Assembly (NCBI GenBank): GCA_051294905.1
Contig: CM119371.1
Location: forward strand, 23,500,001 to 23,564,000
Length of the DNA stretch: 64,000 bases
Origin: Botryllus schlosseri
Taxonomy: Eukaryota
Reading direction: 5' to 3'
In this document: positions 26,863-40,962 of the stretch, piece after piece
How the letters are laid out: every line of letters begins with the position of its first letter
Position numbering within the stretch: position 1 is the stretch's first letter
Notes under the pieces: model-generated
Told to the model about the DNA's origin: nothing
Seen by the model: the letters and a program-made list of their open reading frames with translations, nothing else
The model's database searches: none
Translations under genes and position numbers: made by a program

Positions 26863-28007
26863 GAGGGGTGGGCAAACTACGGCCCGCGGGCCGCATGCGG
26901 CCCGCAACACCGTTCTGTGCGGCCCGCGAGAGTCTACCGAAAATTTTTACAAATATTGATAGAATGCCTACTAAGAATCGAAATAATGCAGGGACTTGAT
27001 TCAACTATTTCTTAGTATATTTCAACATGATAATTCTCAAACTGGGGGGCGAGAAAGCATCAGAAATGGGGCGCGAAGCTGAACTCAACTGAATAAATTT
27101 TTCGCGCTCCGCGCGATTTACCAACAATTTCATAATTTTTGATCCGTCTCTAGTATGAATTTCACATTTTATAATCTCTCATCTATAGTCGTAAACTTGC
27201 ATGCCATCAAACCATCCGTTAGGTTTGCCAGCAATCTGGTGGCGTTTTGTGATATGACGATGAGGGGGCGCGAAATCTTTCACCATCATAAGGCGTGTCT
27301 TAAAAAGTTTGAGAACTACTGTTCCAAGGTAAATAATTCCTATAATATTTTTCTGTTTAATTTCTGGCGCGACAGCCCGATCACAATGCCCACACAATTT
27401 GAAAGGTTTCAACTGCTAAACAGCACAGAAATCCTAAACGAGATTGTCATAATTCGGATTACGAGTGGGATTTCAGATTGGCCACTCGATCCAGTTTTAA
27501 TTATTTCAGTGATGTGCTTATAAAAACCGATTCGCGCGTGTCTTAGGTTGATTCGTATGCGTAGAATTGAGGCATTTATATTTTATCTACACATAGTAGA
27601 AGCGTGTTTGAAGCTAACATGGTTATGATTCTGTGAGCATTGTGTGTCCTGGAACTGAACCAAAAGTGCAATTAGTAAATCTATGAACAGGTCGCTGCTC
27701 ACAGATTTAAATTTCCATCCTGTTCTAAGAATCGGGACAGCCGACTTTCACCTCTATAGTTTTGACAAATTGGTTATTGAGGTCGACCAGCCTATGAAAT
27801 CTCGCCACTATCTTTCTGACGCGTGTACGATATCATCAAAGCAATGTTTGGAATGTTTTAAATAAGCACATATATTATCTACATGTCCTCACTATATAAT
27901 CAAATACCAATAGTGCGTTTTGGTTTATCCCATTTTATATAGTGCGGCCCGCGAATAGATTCCGATGTTGAATGCGGCCCGCGAGCGCAAAAGTTTGCCC
28001 ACCCCTG
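26863..28007. mobile_element. Charlie-like hAT MITE (GCGGCCCGC motifs) with a nested MITE at about 27027-27321
   Basis: GAGGGGTGGGCAAACT / AGTTTGCCCACCCCTG; TSD GTATACTG; inverted relative at 63542-64000. Confidence 0.9.
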
Positions 28008-28816
28008 GTATACTGGATCATAAAAACCAAATCCGTGAGATTGGGGTGTTGCGATGGCTACTGTTGTATAGCTTGTTAGTGGGGTAATATTGGCAGCAAG
28101 TATAGAAACCCGTTTTACACTCTGCTTAATATCCATGTAGCAATACTCCGACGCCGAATACATTGTTCGGTCAGGCCGAGACTGTTAAGGCGTTAGCTTA
28201 TATAATCCCTAGCAAGTCCTCGTCGAAATTGTTGGCAAAGCGACGGAAGATATTCGAAATTGTTGGCAAAGCGACGGAAGATATTGATTTCATGGGATTA
28301 TTATATCATTTGATTGCCTCAGTTGATACATTTGGCGACGTTCAAAACGTCAATATATACTTCAGCACTGTGCCATTATGTGGCCCGAGTCGTCGCTAGG
28401 GATCGTGTACATGTACAATACATAAATATTGGCAACCACTTAATTGAAATGAATGGTTGAAATTAGCAATATGACGTCACGTGACGTCATGACGTTCACG
28501 TTCGCGTCCATACAGAACCTTTCAAAAAGGTTCGCGTTCACACGAACCTGAACCTTTCAGAGGTTCACACCATCCCTAGTATATATGTATGACCATCCGA
28601 ATAATGACTAGAGAAGGTAAAGCAAAATCACTTAATCATAATTGATTAGAGATATTTTTCATGCAGAACGATTTCAATCAGGCATGTCGAATCGAATTGT
28701 TACCACAATCATATTGCCGGCTCATGGTCCGTTATATTTCGGTAGAGTGGTTTTGTACGAAGTCGCATCACTGTGCTACGCAGAGTTTCGACGTCACAGA
28801 TCCTCCTTCGGCAGAA

Positions 28817-29510
28817 GCTATCCTTCGAGTTACGAGTCATCTAGAGTCATTGCACATTTTGGCTCGAGTCAAGTCAAGTCAATCGATTTTCGAAAGTGAC
28901 TCGAGTCAAGTAAAGTCACTTGTTTTTGGGAGGTGACTCGAGTCAATTCGAGTCAAGTCAAGTAGCGTCAAGTCAAGTCTAGAGTCAAGTCTGGATTCAA
29001 GTCAAATTGAATTGAAAAGTCATTACATTTTGGTAACTGGGTGAAGGACAGAATAATTCCATCAATTGCATCAATTTCATCAATTGCATCAAATACCGAA
29101 TGTGAAGTTAAATATACATGCAAAAAAGCTATTGTATCGCTCACGCACACGAATAAGTACAAATAAAATACGTGAGTAACTGTGTAGCTACATGCTAGTT
29201 CTCAGCCAATATAGAGGATCGAATACGAAGCCTCGAGAAGTTGAACAAATTGATGTGGTACAATACACTACCCACCTACACGTCCGTGAGAATATAAACG
29301 CATAAACTATATATTGGTTCGATTTAAATCGTACAAGAGGGTTGGTAAGGCTAAGCCCCGTGCAATGCAAGCACTGAGCCATCTGAAAAACACAGATACG
29401 TTGTTATTCGATTAATATACCGCTATACAATAACGTAAGCTGTGATCGTTCCATTTGCGGTCAATTTATTTGAGATGTAACAATGGAGGATTAGTGAAAC
29501 GTACAATCAG
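28817..29510 (+). mobile_element. Truncated copy of GAGTC family B, fused to Polinton-like sequence
   Basis: Colinear with about 18210-18850; both TIRs missing. Confidence 0.8.
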
Positions 29511-32500
29511 TACATTGAATGTACAGAGTCGTCGCATGATGAGACTTGAGAACATGAATTTGTTTTCCATGATGTTTGTACACCGACACATTGTATGTAC
29601 ACCTCGTTTACGCGAATACTTGGTATGTATGAACAATCGTGACGTACTTGATGTGATGGTGTATGCATTGGTATTTTTCATGGAGACAAAACACGGTCTG
29701 TAACATGTTTACTTGAATATTGGTCGTTGGTTCATGAGTGAATATCCGGATCCGGTCCACTTACTTTCTCGTATTAGTTATCCGGTTTCAGCTGACTGGA
29801 GCGACATGTATTGACCAGTAAAGACACAATATAGTAAACAGACCTGAGGAAACCCGCAAGTAACCCGGAGTTGTTAGCGCGATGGGGAACATAAATTCAT
29901 CCGTTTTCCGAACATCATTATCCGTGTACCAACCAGTTACCAAAGTCGAGGTGGTGTTTTATTCAGACATTTTGACTCTGGGAAATCCAAAGCGCGAACC
30001 CGGACATCACGGACATTTCGGAAACCCCTTTATTCGCCAATTCCGAAAACATACATGTCGATGTACAACAGCGCATTGTTACTGCATGCGAGTAACCAAT
30101 GATTTTGATGGGATGCATCAGAGCAAGTGAATATTTGATTAGACAAATGTATCGGAGTCGTTGCTGGTGTATATTTTGTCGCTGTCCGTTGTAACAATAT
30201 ACAAAAATATCAAATTGCCCCGTGTGGTTGTCAGTTTTCAAAACGAAAATGATATTGTTACCCAGAGAAAGATAGATTTCCAAGTGAAAACGGTATTGGT
30301 ACTCAGGTAAATGATAGTTTTCCAGACGAAGAGGGTTTGTTACCCAGGAGAAAATGGTTAGTTACTCTAGGTAAAAGTATTTTTCCAAGTGAAAATGTAT
30401 TGTTACACTGGGTAAACACCGGATCTCCAAAAGGAAATGATATTTTTACTCGGGTAAACGACGGACCACCAAGTGAAAATGGTTTGTTGCTCAGGGAAAA
30501 AATAAATTTCCAAGTGAAAAAGGTTTGTTACCCGGGGAAAAAATATATTTCAAAGTGAAAAAGGTTTGTTACCCAGAGAAAAATAGATTTCCAAAGGAAA
30601 AGTGGTTTGTTACTCTAGGAAACGATAGACCCCCAGGTGAAAATGTATTGTTACTCTGAGTAAACGATAAATCTCCAAAAGACAATGGTATTTTTTACTC
30701 TGGTAACGACAGACCTCCAGGTGAAAATGGTAATTTTACTTGGGTAGGTATCGTATGTTTAGTGTCGTTGGTGTTGTTAAACGTTATCGCTTGACGTTGG
30801 TATACTATTACTAGTGTGAAAAGGATTTGCACGTCTTGTGTAGAGTATCGCGACAGTGAACATATTTTTGGTGTGACGAAACAAGATCGCTGTTTACGTT
30901 TTAATGCATTTCGATTACCGAGTTGCTGTACAATAGAGATGACTCTACATTAGACCGTGCTGTGTACTTTGATTAAAACCGCAAGACCACATGTAAATCT
31001 ATTCGCACAACTCGATGCTGTTGAAATAGTGTTACTGAAATTTATTATTACCTATTTACACAACATAAAAATACCTATTCATGTCGTAGCAGGTTTCTTG
31101 AACTCGTGCTTGATGAAAACGAATGGTGACAAGTATGCTTTTGAGTGAAAAAATAATTATTTAGAGTAGTGACAGTTTGCGACCAACGAATGCAAATAGA
31201 TCTTAATATTACAATATACGCTTTCGTCAACATAACGACTTGGTGCAGGAGAAACACTTTAACGTTTTTTCAATAACCAGAATCTTGAAACTTGTTGCCT
31301 GTGTGATTTACAGCTGGTGCACAAAGGTTAGCGACGTTTTTTAATATAGTTCCACCTTCTAGTTGTTTTGATGTGAGACTCGGCGCTTCTCGTTAGTAAA
31401 GTAAATTGTTTTGCGCGTTAGATTTGTGGAACGTAACTCGAATACATACTCTTTTGTGGAAGTAACTGTATTACTGCGATATCATTGATAGGTCTCTCAA
31501 GTAACCGCCATGGTTCTAATTTTGAAAGATGTCGCGATGTCGGTATAATGTTTCTAAAAGTCAAACTCGGACGGCTATCGTAAATGTGTAGGACTCACGA
31601 TAAACATTGTACACATACAACTTTGAAGAGGTTCTTAAGGTACAAAACTTTAGTATGCAATTCAATAGTATATTCATACAACTTTGTTACAACAACTATA
31701 TGATATTTCTGTAAGTACTTTAGTTGCGTTTCGGATTATTTGAATATTTAGATACGTACCCATTCGTGTAAAAAACGATATCAAAACATTTTGTAGAGTC
31801 TGGCCAATCATTCTGCGGTTTAGTATAGTATGGCGATATCGAGTGGAGTATTTTGTGTGATGTAAATTTCTTTCATATTGCGATCTGAAAAAGTCGTGGG
31901 GATATCGGTCGTATCATACAAAGCAACTAGCTAACACAAACAAAATATTAAAGGAAGACTCGTCTGTTGTTTTCATAAGACAAGAGAATGAAAATCGTTT
32001 TTGTTACACTAAATTATTTTCCGCTACACTAGCATATAGTTTGTATCTAGAAAAACCGAAACACACCGATGACGTGATGTTGATCAATAATTGTTATGTA
32101 AAGAGTGAGTAAATAATCTTCCAGGTTGGTGTGATTCAAGTCGACCGCATGTTACACATAACCATCATTCGTATTGTGTGTGATATTGTGAAGATGATAC
32201 CGCAACAACACAACAAGTAATATTTTGTATCGGGTGTTTGCGCTTTAGGAATAGCGAAGTATGTGATATTTTGGATATCTGTGCTCGGCCGAAACTAGGG
32301 TTGTCCTTGGGTCTTGCGTCGGGTAAATCAGAACTATGTCTAGAATTCAAGCACGTCCAAGTAAGTTCTTTAGTGACTACGATTACATCTACTTTGACGA
32401 GAGGGAATGGAGAAATTCAAATGGATACTATACTAACGAACAAAAAGTGCAAAATGGTTTTACCAGATTTAGGTGTAGGATATCTTGTCGTCGATTTCTT

Positions 32501-35500
32501 TACCAGAGTGTGTTTTATAAATATTTCTAGTACACCTAATGATTGAGGTATGTGATCAAGTTTCCAATCAACTATTAATCAGACGTACGACTTTGGTTTA
32601 ACAAATGGAAATATTTCTAAAATGCTTGTTGGTATCATAAGACACAAATCGAAATTCACATCAAGCAAGACCTTTGCGTGCTCTGAGTTTTGTGATGGCA
32701 TTTATTTCGCCCGATAGAAATGAACTTGTGCCAATAGTAACGCGAAACGCATTTATCATTTTCGGTGTTAGTCGTGTTCCTGATTTCTTTGTCGGCATGC
32801 ACTCTACAAATAATTTCTGCATACTGAATTAGGATGTGTTTGGTGAATATCATAGAAATCGTTTTTTGTGGTGGTAATGACTTTCAGTAGTTTGGTTTTA
32901 TGATTACAATTACTTTAGAAGATTCAAATGATAATGTATGATCACTAACAACAATACAAACACATTTTGTAGATTTCGGTGCAGCACATATTTTGATTTT
33001 ATTATTGATGTGAGTTTTGTCTAGTAGAATAAGTTGCAGCAAGTAATGCTATTCCAAATTGCTCTTGTGCTGATCAAGGTCTTAGAGTGTAACCTTGTAA
33101 TTTTTTACATTCAGCAAGTACGACGACGAGTCACGAATTAAGTATTGTTCACCAGCTTCTACTTGTACTCGATACCAAAAGTGATATTTTCACACTCTGT
33201 AAGGTACGCATGTTTCAATTCGCTATCACAAATTCCGACAACAAATCGTATCAATTGTTGGATTCAATAGTAACGATATTGTGATATACTAACTCCATAC
33301 GTATAGTCGTTTCAATTACTCGTTACGAATTGTGATAATAAAGCATTTTGTATAGGGTGTTCAATGTATGAATAATGGAATTATTACATCTTTAGCATCA
33401 GTTATCGCAAACGATAGATTTTAATAATTGTACTGGTTGTTGAATGTAATAATACCGATATTGTTGTTTCATCTTTAGTCCTAATTATTGTAAACGATTG
33501 TATTTTTAAAGTATTTTCTGTTGTCTGCAATACAACGATTGTTTTGTACCAACCCGGAATAATTTCCGAATCAAGAACATTTCGCACATGTAAGTCTGGC
33601 TTTACAAATTGATGTTTTAATAACCGTGGTAGTGAAAAGTTTGTTGCTATCATAATAACCTTTACCAAAACACCGAGTCTAATTACCGTGAATAATTTAA
33701 TAATTAAGTCATGGTCGAGTATTACAAAATCTCGTATGTCAAACCAATGTGTCAATCCTTATGTTTACAGTATGATAACTTTCAATGTAACACCGGCGTT
33801 TGATCGTAAGAAATGAATTCTTAACTACGCGGGTCTGACTTCCAAATGTCGTATATTCAAAACACATGTTAATCTCAAGTCGTGCGCCAAGTAGTAATTA
33901 CTTCATCTTACAGTTGAATAAAAATACGAGTTGGCGGACTATGAATACAACCTAACTTGCTATGGATTTTGGATTATAGTGATTACTCGCGTAGTCTTGT
34001 CTACTTTTCATAAGGATACTGTTGAGTTGGTTGGGTAAGTTACAAACGGATTGACTTGACAAGGTTTTCGTATTTTACTCTTTTGTGTATGTCAAGATGT
34101 TAAAATGTTGAGATGTCATAGTGATAGTATTTCTGCAACTATCTTTGCCAAACGGAAAGTCCGATTCCGAATATAGTTATAATATTTCATTACTTATTTC
34201 AAATCAATATGCGTATAATTTCGAAATGTGACTGGGTGAAAGTTGGTAGTCATGTTTGTCAAACATATTTCAATTCACACAATGTCAAAGTCCAAATATT
34301 TCATTCTGGATTATTTGGATTTACCTTTAGTACATCCCGCGAATGGACTCCGACACCGCACTATAACATTTTTTGATAATAAGGATTCAAGGATTTCCAA
34401 TCAACAATGCCTGAATTTTTTTGGTAATGCTAGAGTTGGTAAATGGTTAGTTGCGTGTTTTTGTTAAGCGTTTGATTTCTCAGTATTAAATACAATTATT
34501 GTATGTGTATACTTGTGATTCCTGACTCTCATTGAGCTAGTTGGTATTGATTCTATAGACGTGAAACAGCGACGCGGAATGTGCGAATAATTCGATGTGG
34601 CTGAAAGTCGGCGTCAGTAATATTCAGGTTACGTTCGATTCAACAGATCGCGTTATTAGGATTTCTCAAAAGAATTAGAGTTATGTCGAATTAACACATT
34701 CAGATAAGAATGAACTTGAGTTGTGTAGTAAGTTTCATTTCAACTTGACAAATTGACACATTGCTTGAATATTTTCATGATTCTTATCATACAACTAAAG
34801 TCAGCCACTGTTCCGAAGTGTCAAAACATATAGCGACCACCAGAAAGTGTCTAATTGTCGGTTTACGAATCACCGTCTGCGACGGCTCTGTGACAAACTT
34901 ATTGCGGAAATATTACCTTGTGAGCGATCGATATGTCTGAAGCATTACCCTGTGAGTGGTCGTAGGATTTTAAAATTATTTCACACCTTTTTGAATAAGC
35001 GTTCACTTCACAAAGGATTAGGGTTAGAGCGGAAATAAGTGACAATTTGTCGCTATTCAAGTTACCGACACTGACGGTCTGGTATTCGTTACTTATTAAA
35101 TCTTACGAGCGAAATCAAGTTCTGTGACAAACTGCTTACTAAATTTTCACCGCGTTAGCGATCGGCATGCCTGTAACACCAAGTCGCGAAAGATGGTTAT
35201 GTCCGAGATATTATCTTGTCAGCGATCGCGGGGTTTTGCAAACTATTTCACACCTTTTTGAAGTGTTAGTTTGTGAGCGTGGTTATTGTTGATATTCGAA
35301 TCGCCGTCTACGTCGGCTCTGTGGTAATCTAATTACCCAAACATTACCATGCGAGTAATTCCTAGATTTTGCAAACTATTTTCACGCCTTTTTTGTTGAA
35401 AGTACAACATCCCACCCGCAGCCTATACCCGAAAGTACGAATCATCACCGCGTCCATAAGAGTAACGATATATCATTGTCGTACTCGCCGTAATTTGGAA

Positions 35501-35992
35501 TATACACATTAACTAAGGACCAATCACATGACTATTTATCTGATACATATTCAACGCCGCGCGAGAGATACCTATACCCGAACGGGCGAATCACGACCGC
35601 ACCCATAAGAACACATGGCACATCACCAGAGATCCCATAAGAAACAATGGTACATCACCAGAGATCGCGTAAGAATACATGACACATCACCGACGCAGCC
35701 TATACCTGAAAGTACGAGTCACCAACACGAGTTTTCAATACGAGTCATCGCCGCAGCCTATACCCGAAAGTACGAATCACCAACACACCCATAAGAACAC
35801 ATTACGAATCACGAGCGAGAGGAGGGTCTGAAAGTACGAGTCACCCGCGGAAGGGGGTCTGAAAGTACGAGTCACCAGCGGAAGGAGGGTCTGAAAGTAC
35901 GAGTCACCAACACGAGTTTTCAATACGAGTCACCAGCGGCCCCATAAGAGCCCATGCAAAAAAACACCAACGTGCCAGCGATCGTATATACT
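29510..35992. mobile_element. Right part of a decayed Polinton/Maverick-like element, copy 2
   Basis: 33191-35992 is homologous to 1-3236; dense, stop-interrupted ORFan-like frames; internal minisatellite; terminal repeat region ending ...ATATACT. Assignment of 29510-33190 to the element and the left boundary are inferred. Confidence 0.55.
30235..30745. repeat. Minisatellite, about 40-41-bp unit, about 12 diverged copies
   Basis: Unit like TTTCCAAGTGAAAAAGGTTTGTTACCCAGAGAAAAATAGA (starts at 30507, 30548, 30588). Confidence 0.9.
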
Positions 35993-37437
35993 AATGGTTT
36001 CTTGCGAAGTAAGGATGATAAGTATACCGAACTCGTAGCCTATGTGATAAAGTTGTAGGGAAACATGGGGTGCAGAATGTACATGAAACTACGCATGCTT
36101 GATGCTAACTTAGAAGAGTTTAAAGAAAATATGGAATCTTATTCAGAAGAACGAGGGGAGCGATTGCATCGAGACATAAAAGATTTTGAAATGACATACC
36201 AAGGGCATTTTAATGAAAGCATGATGGGAGATTATGTCTGGGCCCTAATGCGGTAAAGCGATGTAGAGTACGAAAGAAAATCCCCCGAAACATCCCATTT
36301 TTAATAATTTTATAGTCGAACTGCTATAGCCTGAAATATTTATTTGGTTTTGCATTTAACACTAAACGATGGCATTGATTCGGATACAGTTAAGACATTT
36401 ATGTGCAAATTTCCATGTATCAAATGCCTGTGCTTTGTGGTTTGATTTTTTTATAACAAAAATCCCAATTCGTTGCCTAGTATTATGCAAACTCAGAATT
36501 AATCCTATGCCAGACAGTAAAATATCCAAAAGTTGGCTGTAATTTGCTTTGCGAAAAAGCAATCGATGGCCTAACGCGTCAGAATATATTGTAAATACAT
36601 TTATAGAATATAAAGTCTTAGTCGAGGCCAAGCGAATAAAAATGGACTTATAGCGATTAAAGACAGTTTAGTAAATATCCATTTCCTATAGGGTTAATCA
36701 GTATAACCATGCACAATATTGCACATACTAGCAAATTAAAAAAAATTACTCTCCTAACCACAAAATCAATGTTTGGAATGAACTATATTGATTTTCGGAA
36801 GTTTGTAGTTGAGAGTGATCAGGAAATATCAATTAGAACCCGGGAAAAAATCGTGTTACACCAGAGGTCTCAAACACGCGGCCCGCGAAGGCATTTTGGA
36901 ATTTCAAGTATTTAACAATATATTCAAGTGCCATATATCTTTTTTAGATAAAAGAACTTAAAGTTCACGCTAAAACTACTAAAAAATCAGTGAAATTGGG
37001 ATTAGGCTACACCGCTCAAATGCTCTGTTATCAAATCAATCTTCAGTAGATTTTAAAATATTCTACATAAAATTGTGGCACGTCAAAGGTCCACTAGCTG
37101 CAATATTATAACTCGACAGTTTTACGATGTCATGATGTATCCTGTCGCACGATGTCTATAACTCATTAATTAAAAAATTATGCCCGGCACAAAAACAATT
37201 TTATTCACATATTTGAAAATTTGATTTTTTCCGTTTTAAGACTGAATGGTACAATAGTAAATTCCATTTCCACGATGTTTCTGGAATGCCTGTACGCATG
37301 GTCCCGTCAAATATGGCCTGCTTGGAAATTATACATTGAATATCCCTGTTATTGATACTGCGGCCCGCAGCTTGATCACGATCTAGGAAATTGGCCCGCG
37401 AGCACATTTGAGTTTGAGACTTCTGTTTTACACGGTG
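35993..37437 (+). mobile_element. 3' part of a Chapaev3 (CMC superfamily) DNA transposon with transposase C-terminal remnant
   Basis: GFL..MGCRMYMKLRMLDANLEEFKENMESYSEERGERLHRDIK..YQGHFNESMMGDYVW matches the Chapaev3 pattern GCxMSLK.H.L..H...F..NLG..S.E.GERFHQD...YQG....M..DY.W; terminus ...GTTACACGGTG followed by TTA. Confidence 0.85.
36862..37425. mobile_element. Charlie-like hAT MITE inserted in the Chapaev TIR
   Basis: CAGAGGTCTCAAAC / GTTTGAGACTTCTG; near-TSD TGTTACAC / TTTTACAC. Confidence 0.88.
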
Positions 37438-38825
37438 TTATCGATAGTAGCCTACAGCAAAATGTCACCTGAAATCGAAATTACTGCTGATGATTGCTAT
37501 TTTGGCAGTTATATACATCGCATTTTGGCGTAATTGCGTCATTTCCACACTGTTGTTTTGGCCGCTAGTATATCGATAAGCTGGCAATAATACCAACTGG
37601 GCTAGATGCTAACTGCAGGATAACGTACTCAACTCAGTTAAGTTGAGTTGGTTTCATTACCTTCTGGTGCACCTGAATTGAAATACTATAACTGACCATC
37701 CATTGCAGAATCTTATTAAATTGTGCCAATATCGGGCGCGACACTCGGCGACAGTTGAGTCTAGTCAAGCTTCTCAAAGTCAAGTCGTGCTAAATGGATC
37801 ATAGGCTCCTTGTGAGAGAAGTTTAGCTATTCAACTGAACATTTCGCGCAATTTATCCTTCAAAGTCAATTATCGATAGCTTTCGCAAGTCGACGGCATA
37901 CGGTGCGGTTGTGGCTATTGATGGGCTGTATTGCATTTCGCGGCCTGCGGGTATGGATGCAATTTGTGTATCCGAGTGTGGCCCAAGATTAACATTACCA
38001 TATTCTATTTGCAATATGCAGTTGATTAAATGTACCAAGGAATAACAAAACAGTGGAGGCCCACACAGACAGCAAAATATTAGTTCAAGGGTGTGCGTTA
38101 AAAAGTCCAAATTCTCTGCAGTAGATTGAAGACACTGCGGGACGGATTTTGAAACGAGCTTCTTACAGAAATATACTTGGTTGCGTGATAGTCCGTACCC
38201 TTGATCACCATAACCAAAACAGCGTGGTTCGTAGGACAGCGTTTCTTCATTATTGAAAACGCTTCAATAGTCATTTCTTTTGCCTGGCCGCGTGACTTGT
38301 CTCTCCATAGTCTAACGATTTGTTAGCAAGGACGTCTTATATATCTCGAGGCGCAGTGCACAGATGCCTCAACAACGCACTTACCATGTTAAGCCAATCT
38401 CAAAAGTAAATAAGGAATGGTAAAACTCACCTGTAGCTTATAATTCCTGTCATTTTGCCGAAGGAGAACGTAGCTCAGTGCGGGGAGGTTCAAGAATTAG
38501 GAATCTTGTTCGTGAGATTGACGATAGTCATGACTGAGTTTGCTGTGAATGGTGATGCCCTCACATAAATGATATATGACAATAGTAATGACAATAGTGA
38601 ATCCCAGTCTAAGAGCAAGCGGACGGAGTTGGGTGTGTGGTAAATAGTCTATATTCGGTAGAGGTGGTGTGTAACGACGTACTTTTAAATTTTCGAAGTA
38701 TACGAGTAGTTATTCTGTGGTTGCACTACTTTCCCGAATTGGAGTGATTCTAGACTACTTCGAGATTTACTTGAAAGATCTTGGGTGCTATTACTGATTT
38801 TTTTCTACTTGAATCTTGTGAAGTA

Positions 38826-40052
38826 GAGATAAGTATCGGGATGTGTTTGCTTCACATTTAAAGGTTGAAGTGTTGTAACAACTGGGGCCATATACGGGTC
38901 AGGCGCAACGGTTGCTATAGACATTTTGTAAAATTGTGTTTGTAGTAGTCCTTAATTTTATAGATAATGTCTACTTATGAAATCTAATTACTCGAGTAAT
39001 TTTCCAAAATAAAAATGACAAGACCGTGTTGGTACACGGAGGGCTCCATCGTTGAACGAGTGGGCATCGTGCAATTGCTATGATTTAGGAGAATTGTGGT
39101 TGGTCGTAGACGACGTACAGGACGGAGTGTTATCCTACAGTATTTGACCGTACCAATGTACCGCACGTCTTACTGTTCCCTCATTCTGAAGTTGGATTCG
39201 TATTGTTGCTATGTTATTCATTGATCGTATTGTATTTTCAATGTTGTTTTATCTCTGATATTTTCATGCGTACCGAAAAAGTTGTGATTCCGTCGCTTTT
39301 ATTGAAATGAGGCGAGCAATTATTAGTTCAGTTCGCCATATCGCACTGTGCATTGAACATGCATTTGAATTGCGTCTTTTGCGAAAGGCTAGGTTTCAGT
39401 TGTATAGGAATAATTCTGTCTATAATTTTCCCATCCTGGACAATTTAATATTCGTGAATGGAGGAAACCGGGTATCATGAATCCGTTTCCACACTCTGGC
39501 TCCGTAAATTCGTAAGTTCCGCGCATTTTATAATGGCAGAAAAAGAATTAGTAGAAGGCTTCGGTAACAAACGGGTCACTCTATGGCTCCGCAATCCAAC
39601 GGAGATTTTTTCCAATAATTGAATAAACTAATAAATATAGCGTCGCGTGGTAAACCAACAGTTAGCATCCACATTCACAGTATATATTGAAGATGCATAG
39701 CTCGCAAAATTTCAAAATGCATCGTTATGTTTGTACACCGAAAAGTGTGTTCGCCATTTATCTCGATATTGGGTGGATAAATTTCTAGTTCGTTTCAATT
39801 TATCTTCCAACGCTGCTGTGCACCTTCACAGGGCCCATATATATTGTTTTTAACTTGGAATATTTACGATCATCACAAATAGCCGTCTGTAAAGACAACA
39901 CAATCGTTCGGCATGATGTTTGTTAGGATATGCTCCGCAATCTGTGGCTACTGCTGGAATCAAATGGACTATGAAGCGATCAACGTCTTGATGCTAATGA
40001 ACAGTGTGACATCAACGTATACGACTGTAGTCTACTGGCAGTACGGTAACTG
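38826..40052 (+). repeat. Segmental duplication copy 1 (upstream region + 5' end of the XK-like gene)
   Basis: Direct, colinear, high-identity match to 48450-49700. Confidence 0.95.
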
Positions 40053-40891
40053 GTCGGAGAGAGTTTTGATTCCTCTTCTCACTATGTTTAGTATGCTATT
40101 CGGTTATGTTGTGACTTTGTGGGTGTCATTGTATTCTCTTGCGGTACGGTATTTCACGAAAGATGTCGCAAAATGGAGGGAGGACGTAGCCCAATATTAT
40201 GTGGTCGCGAAACTACAGCAAACTATTTTTCAGTCAATTCCCCAACTTTGTCTTCATCTGTATGCACAAATACCAAATCCCGAGCAAGTGGACTTATACA
40301 AATTTGGATTTTACCTACCTATTCTGGTATTCATCATGTCAATAATGGTCGGGCTGCATCTGCCGCATGTAGTATATCTGAAATATAGAGACATCCCTAG
40401 TTCATTTCGAGAATTTTTCTTCTCCTGCTCTTGTAGGGCTGCGTTGTTCGCTTCGAAATTGGTGTTCCTAATGCAAGTTACGTATGTTACGGGATGGTGG
40501 ACTTTTGCCTTCATAGCGGGATATTGGTTCGTGCGTTGGGTGATACTTGTCTGTTATAAAGAAAACGATAGTCGTGACTCCTTTGCGCAGTGATTTCAAG
40601 AGTGTTCAAACCACCAGACTGTTAGGCTGGTATTATATTTTTACACCGTTGCTGCCGTACGACGGCACTGAATCCTCCATTTACAAAGTGTGCTATTTCG
40701 CGGTAGATCAGCTCTTGCAAGCCGGCCTCTCGATCATATTTTGGGATGAAGCCTATTCCGAATACATCCCCGATTGCTTTATCGGCACTGAGAAAACACA
40801 ACTGATGAATTTCGTCGGTATTAGTCAATTGTTCGTGTCGGCGTCTATCCACGGAGTGCGATGTCGTCGTGCTCAGTACTTCACAGCGTAA
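39913..40891 (+). pseudogene. Intronless XK-related (Xkr scramblase family) membrane protein gene with a frameshift near 40580
   Basis: Multi-TM ORF 39913-40593 with QTIFQSIPQLCLHLY (XK motif ExxPQLxLQxY); hydrophobic continuation in the +1 frame (LLGWYYIF...VCYFAVDQLLQAGLSIIFW). Could be an intact gene with a sequence error. Confidence 0.7.
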
Positions 40892-40962
40892 TCATGTCAT
40901 GTCTTCACTGCAGCAACATCATATAAAAATCCGTATATCTGTGATAAGTTTGTGGCTATTTG

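Larger units (their letters stand above)
24416..28578. mobile_element. hAT MITE, GTGAAC/GTTCAC-motif family, hosting nested elements
   Basis: TAGGGATGGTGTGAAC / GTTCACACCATCCCTA; TSD GTATATAT. Confidence 0.9.

Noticed and set aside
30235..30745. CRISPR-like repeat-spacer array
   Set aside because: Whole 40-41-bp units are mutually similar; it is a diverged minisatellite.
32440..32490. Walker-A-like PTPKSGKT on the minus strand (Polinton ATPase?)
   Set aside because: Lacks the first Gly and the preceding hydrophobic strand; stop follows shortly; no Walker B seen.
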